Below, one piece after another: positions 6,794-10,591 of a stretch of 10,591 nt of DNA. The number at the start of each line of letters is the position of its first letter. The stretch's first letter is position 1. The notes beneath the pieces are model-generated. The model saw only the letters and a program-made list of their open reading frames with translations, made no database searches and had not been told where the DNA came from. The position numbers were made by a program, and so were the translations under genes. The DNA is from Candidatus Hydrothermarchaeota archaeon (GTDB lineage Archaea; CAYFZR01): positions 1 through 10,591 of the forward strand of contig JBHIEG010000041.1 of NCBI GenBank assembly GCA_046760505.1, in the 5' to 3' direction.

Positions 6794-8080
6794 TCAATTT
6801 TCGTAAACTACCCGCTTTACCGTATAGTCTTTATTTAACGTGCTCGCTATTCGTTGAGCTATCTTTACGAATATTTCATCCAAGGATTCTGTTTTGTTTG
6901 TTGGTTTATAGGATAGAGCACAGTCTTTTACTAAAACTACATCATCTTCTTCAATAATCTTGCTTGATCTTATTGTATCTTCTTTTATACGAATAGACGG
7001 GACAAACACATACAGTTTTTTTTCCTTCTCCTTTGCTATAATGCTTACAGGTAAATCAAAGTTTTTATCAGTCGCATAAAGGTAAACATCTTTTGAAAAA
7101 TTGTGATTTTCCTTATCGATTGGATTTATCAGAGGTTCGACTTTACCTAAGACATTGTAAATCAGACTTGTCCATTTTCTCTTTATAAGATGAGCAGGAT
7201 CTTTGTCTACGGAGTTGATTACAGCAACTGCCCCGACGTAATTATTTTCTAAGCCCTTGATTTCTTTCCTTGTCTTTGCTATCATTTGTTTTGTGTATCC
7301 TTCTCTAGTGGTGAGATTGGCGATATTTTCGCCAAGGATCATCTTTTTATCCTCTTCAGATAGAAGATCGGTCTCCTGGATAAATTTTTTAGTTGTAAGG
7401 ATGTTTTTAGCCATCCCATAAGGCAAATCTGTTCCAAAAAGGATATTTGAGGGAGGCACGTGCTCAACAATGTTTTTTACGAATTCTATTCTATTTATGG
7501 AGAGTTCCAAATAGACAATGTCAGAAAACTTCAATGCAAGATCTATAGCCTTTTCAGTTCCCATTCCCTGAGAAAAAGAGTGTCCAAGAATAATTTTAGC
7601 ACCGGGGACGCTTTCCTCTACAGAATAAAGCAAAGATTCAAAATCCTCTGGCATATATCTTTGTTCTCCATTTACCCCGTAGTTAACTTCCGTATGGAAT
7701 ATCACTGGAACACTGAGGAGGCGGGCGTTTAATATTAGGTAGAGAACTTCATTACTGTCTACTCTGAATTTTTGCATTCTGGGGTGTAGTTTAACCCCCC
7801 TTAAGTTGAGGAATTTTACGCATCTTTGCAGTTCACTTATTGCATTCACGTGCTTAGGATCTATTCTACAGAAGCCAATAAACCTATCTTGAAACATGGA
7901 AATTTCTCGGCTAAGCTTGTCATTTGCCTCTCTGAAACACGATCCAGCATCTATTTCATCCATGGGAAATACTACAGCCCTATCGATGCCTAAACTCCTA
8001 AGGGCGAAGGATAGGGTTTTCGCACTCATTTGAGAGCCATCTTTGTCATTGCCTATGTGGGTATGAGCATCTATAATCAT
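6794..8080 (-). CDS. Metal-dependent amidohydrolase (TIM barrel, Amidohydro_2-like) with a ~170-aa C-terminal extension
   Basis: IIDAHTHIG (HxH), RGVKLHP, PVIFHT, IILGH, ILFGTDLPY and KKMILGENIANL close the barrel at aa ~257. ATGA overlap with the upstream gene. Confidence 0.9.
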   Translation of the reverse strand: MIIDAHTHIGNDKDGSQMSAKTLSFALRSLGIDRAVVFPMDEIDAGSCFREANDKLSREISMFQDRFIGFCRIDPKHVNAISELQRCVKFLNLRGVKLHPRMQKFRVDSNEVLYLILNARLLSVPVIFHTEVNYGVNGEQRYMPEDFESLLYSVEESVPGAKIILGHSFSQGMGTEKAIDLALKFSDIVYLELSINRIEFVKNIVEHVPPSNILFGTDLPYGMAKNILTTKKFIQETDLLSEEDKKMILGENIANLTTREGYTKQMIAKTRKEIKGLENNYVGAVAVINSVDKDPAHLIKRKWTSLIYNVLGKVEPLINPIDKENHNFSKDVYLYATDKNFDLPVSIIAKEKEKKLYVFVPSIRIKEDTIRSSKIIEEDDVVLVKDCALSYKPTNKTESLDEIFVKIAQRIASTLNKDYTVKRVVYEN

Positions 8081-8778
8081 TTAACTAGCCTCTCCAACAA
8101 TAGATTTACAGGCTTTGATCCTTCCACAGGCAAGTATGGTAATTGTAATTCAATCAAGTCATTTCCATCGTAGAAAAACACAGTCATCTCTTCTATTATA
8201 CTTCTGAGAGGAGATGAGTTGAGTATTAAATCTATCAATTCTTTTGTCTCCTCTAATTTTTCTTCAGTTATATCACAAACCAAGTAGAGATTTATTTTCT
8301 TATACTCCCCGGATACTGTTCTGATAGATGTCTTTTCATCGATTTTTGCTACCTCAAGCGGTAAGTTTTCTCGCCAGAGTTCTTGAACAAATGCTTTGAC
8401 ATCAATGACTGAAATCTTCTCTCCTTCCTTGAGGACTTTATTGCATAACGTTTTCCCATACTCCTTCTCATTAAATTTAGCTAAATCCGAGTTTTTTTCT
8501 ATCCTTAAGATTACCTCACTCGCTGTTGGTATATCAGCCATTCGATATGCTTCCAAAAGATCTCCCTCTAGCACAGAGGCCGAATCAGCAATGTCCAGTC
8601 CTAGTATAATCTCATTAGCTTCTAGATCCTCATTAAGTTCTACGGTGGCGAGTGTCTCGGTAAATCCTTTGACTAATACATTATCTCCCTCAGAAGATCC
8701 TAGAGCCAAGATACTCTCCTTGTTTAGCATTACTTTACCATCAATATTTTCAAGAATTTTTTTTACCAGAAATTCCAT
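8077..8778 (-). CDS. Cdc48/VAT-N-like domain protein with a short, probably degenerate vWA-like C-terminus; likely start ATG8778 rather than GTG8799
   Basis: 'VMLNKESILALGSSEGDNVLV...EIILGLDIADSASVLEGDLL' parallels both neighbours. C-terminal 'NLYLVCDIT-EEKLEETKELI..-MTVFFYD' echoes vWA beta1-alpha1-beta2 without DxSxS. GAGGT precedes ATG8778. Confidence 0.7.
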   Translation of the reverse strand: MEFLVKKILENIDGKVMLNKESILALGSSEGDNVLVKGFTETLATVELNEDLEANEIILGLDIADSASVLEGDLLEAYRMADIPTASEVILRIEKNSDLAKFNEKEYGKTLCNKVLKEGEKISVIDVKAFVQELWRENLPLEVAKIDEKTSIRTVSGEYKKINLYLVCDITEEKLEETKELIDLILNSSPLRSIIEEMTVFFYDGNDLIELQLPYLPVEGSKPVNLLLERLVK

Positions 8779-8788
8779 CTCTTTACCT

Positions 8789-9898
8789 CTATGCAGCACG
8801 AATCTTAAGTGTTTGGGCGAATTCTTTCCAGAGTTTTCTCAACTCATCAGGAGTTGCCTTGTAGACGCTACCTCCAGTTGGTTCAGCGAGGTATTTAAGA
8901 AAATCTATATCTGCGTCGCCAACTCCTACTCCAAAAAGGATTATACCCTGATCTTTTGCCATCGATGCTACCTTGTCTACGTCAGTCACATCGTAGTTTT
9001 TGCTGGCGTTTTCGTATCCGTCCGTAAGCAAGATTATTTCCTTTATGTTCTCTCCTTGGGATTTTTTTAGCATATCTATCGCATAGGCAGTAGCATCCAG
9101 TAGAGCGGTTATTCCTTCTGGCTTAATTCCCTTTATTTTTTCCTCGAAAAACTCCATCTTGTCTACATGCGCCGGGGTCATGGGAACGATTTCTTCTACG
9201 TCTGTGCTGTACGCAACAACACCTATATGCTGTACTAATCTTGCTGCACTTACTTTTGTCTTGAAAAACTCTATCGCTGCTTTTTTAGCTTCCTCAATCC
9301 TCTTTCCTTCCATACTGTTTGATTTGTCTATTACAAGTACAACATCCGATCCCACGTATCCACTTACGAGCGATATGTTTACCTCTATCCCTGTATCATC
9401 GGTTACCATACCCACCACGTTATTGTCTAAAGAAGGGGCGGACTTTTCAACCTGAATGTTGATGTCTTCCTGTACGATTAATATCTGATCTTTGATCAAG
9501 GGTCTACTCGAGAGAATTTTCTTAAGCAATCCCCTCCGGGTAAATGCATTTATCTTATCCACATCTATTCCGCTGCCACCGGGTCTAATAAGGAGGTCTT
9601 TCAACTCTACTACTGTCTCAGGAACCTCGACAACTACCTCATCTGCCTCCATTATTCCCAGAGAGTCCTGCAAATCTGTCCCTAATAACACTTCTCCTAC
9701 TTCCGCATAGATTTCGGTATAGGGGTCAGGATCTTTGGAAACAGCAATCGCGGCACTCGAATACTGGGGAGTCTTTAATATTATTGGGCTCATCTCTCCG
9801 ATATTAAGCCGCTCCATATCCTCTTTATTCATAACTACCGTCTGATCTCTTCTTATACCTCTATCACCAACAACAAAAGTCTCCACTTTCAACCCCAT
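8789..9898 (-). CDS. Cdc48/VAT-N-like domain + vWA (MIDAS) domain protein; first gene of the operon
   Basis: aa ~1-175: 'VVMNKEDMERLNIGE...EVLLGTDLQDSLGIMEADEVVVE...KKILSSRPLIKDQ...IQVEKSAP...VTDDTGIEV', as in the VAT/p97 N-domain. The vWA has LVIDKSNSM, GITALLDA, ILLTDG, FGVGVG and LAEPTGG. Confidence 0.87.
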   Translation of the reverse strand: MGLKVETFVVGDRGIRRDQTVVMNKEDMERLNIGEMSPIILKTPQYSSAAIAVSKDPDPYTEIYAEVGEVLLGTDLQDSLGIMEADEVVVEVPETVVELKDLLIRPGGSGIDVDKINAFTRRGLLKKILSSRPLIKDQILIVQEDINIQVEKSAPSLDNNVVGMVTDDTGIEVNISLVSGYVGSDVVLVIDKSNSMEGKRIEEAKKAAIEFFKTKVSAARLVQHIGVVAYSTDVEEIVPMTPAHVDKMEFFEEKIKGIKPEGITALLDATAYAIDMLKKSQGENIKEIILLTDGYENASKNYDVTDVDKVASMAKDQGIILFGVGVGDADIDFLKYLAEPTGGSVYKATPDELRKLWKEFAQTLKIRAA

Positions 9899-9913
9899 TT
9901 TTTATGTGTTGCG

Positions 9914-9930
9914 ATACTTAAATATCTTTG
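9914..9930 (-). promoter_or_regulatory. Putative BRE/TATA promoter for the leaderless Cdc48N-vWA operon
   Basis: Minus strand CAAAGATATTTAAGTAT, centred about 23 nt upstream of ATG9898, with no SD. Confidence 0.55.
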
Positions 9931-10088
9931 TGGATGATAAATGAAAATAATAAAAGAAGCAGAAAAAATCTCGTATTACGTAAAAGTTGATAATTTCGTG
10001 ATGTATCATTATATATAGACAGAATTGTGCAAAAAAGTAAAATAATATAGATTCAATTACTTTTTGTTGTATTTTGGAAGTGATGAAT

Positions 10089-10322
10089 ATGAAATGGGAA
10101 GAAATCTTTTCAGAGGGTATTAAGACGAGTGAGGGAGTGGAAATAAGGGTTAGTGTTGCTGAAAATCCAAGAGCAGGTATCGTTCTTGGGGTAAGAAAGT
10201 GGGTCCGAAGAGGCGACACAATGATACCTACGAGAGATGGAGCTGCGTTTCCTGCTACCAAAGAAACGGTGGACACATTAATTGAAATATTGCAGAAGAC
10301 GAAGGAGTTCTTGCCTGATTAG
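10089..10322 (+). CDS. PC4/YdbC-like small single-stranded nucleic-acid-binding protein
   Basis: 'EIRVSVAE....IVLGVRKW......PTRDGAAF......LIEILQK' matches the PC4 pattern (IRVS..E...D+R.W/Y...PTKKG+ then a helix). SD-like GGAAGTGA precedes ATG10089. Confidence 0.68.
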   Translation: MKWEEIFSEGIKTSEGVEIRVSVAENPRAGIVLGVRKWVRRGDTMIPTRDGAAFPATKETVDTLIEILQKTKEFLPD

Positions 10323-10329
10323 GCAGTAA

Positions 10330-10356
10330 AATTACTCATCTAATTACTCATCTAAT
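10330..10356. repeat. 12-nt tandem duplication (AATTACTCATCT x2 + AAT)
   Basis: Exact copies at 10330-10341 and 10342-10353. Confidence 0.85.
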
Positions 10357-10580
10357 CAATCTTTATTAAATGTTGACCAAAGGAACCTCCACCACCTTTT
10401 ATAAAGGTGGGACAAAAGTACTACTTCCTTCGGAGGTAGAACATCTCCCATACATTTTGCTTTGCTTTTTTCGAGGAGTTCTATTTGAGATGTTGAATTG
10501 CTTGCAATTCGACCTAATGATCTCCCTCCACCTTTTATAAAGGTGGATCAAAGGAACTACCTCTTCGAGATAGAGCAGCT
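10356..10580. repeat. Cluster of REP-like palindromic repeats and hairpins
   Basis: CCACCTTTTATAAAGGTGG is exact at 10392-10410 and 10528-10546, each followed by a CAAA.G.AC foot and a CTAC..TTC..TAG hairpin. A degenerate third copy lies at 10356-10386. GAATTGC-TT-GCAATTC lies at 10495-10510. Confidence 0.8.
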
Positions 10581-10591
10581 CTTTTGGAGAT

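Noticed and set aside
8396-9070. 224-aa plus-strand ORF
   Set aside because: Antisense shadow of two well-supported minus-strand genes; Ser/Leu/Phe-rich with no motifs.
5603-9710. Plus-strand ORFs 5603..5830, 6715..6957, 7460..7732, 9159..9455 and 9492..9710
   Set aside because: Antisense shadows of the operon genes.
5455-9898. Calling the paralogues cdc48/VAT
   Set aside because: Only the N-domain is present; there are no Walker A/B motifs or AAA+ module.
9902-10276. 124-aa minus-strand ORF
   Set aside because: Overlaps the PC4-like gene on the opposite strand and runs through AT-rich promoter DNA.
10330-10356. 12-nt duplication as a target-site duplication
   Set aside because: The copies are adjacent rather than flanking an element, so replication slippage is the simpler explanation.
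10356-10591. CRISPR array
   Set aside because: Only three copies, irregular start-to-start spacing (35 and 136 nt), intervening sequences that are themselves repeated or structured, and no cas genes in the window.

Overview
AT-rich window that looks archaeal: GGAGGTGA/GAGGT ribosome-binding sites, BRE-TATA boxes about 23 nt before leaderless ATGs, and HEPN-MNT modules. Bases 1-2540 are a toxin-antitoxin cluster: a short AbrB-type ORF, an intact MNT-HEPN pair, an MntA whose HepT/DUF86 partner is an internally deleted pseudogene, and an AbrB-PIN (VapBC) pair. A stand-alone WecC-type nucleotide-sugar dehydrogenase follows. The most interesting part is 4048-9898. A divergent GCS2/YbdK-like carboxylate-amine ligase converges, with no gap, on a tightly coupled four-gene minus-strand operon. 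That operon encodes three paralogous proteins with a Cdc48/VAT-type N-domain but no ATPase. Two are fused to an intact MIDAS vWA domain, one of these ends in a Glu-rich tail, and the third has a degenerate vWA. The fourth gene is a metallo-amidohydrolase with an extra C-terminal domain. I infer a possible writer/eraser/adaptor protein-modification or proteostasis system. The window ends with a PC4-like ssDNA-binding gene and a cluster of REP-like palindromic repeats. All family calls come from motif recognition by eye; no searches were run.
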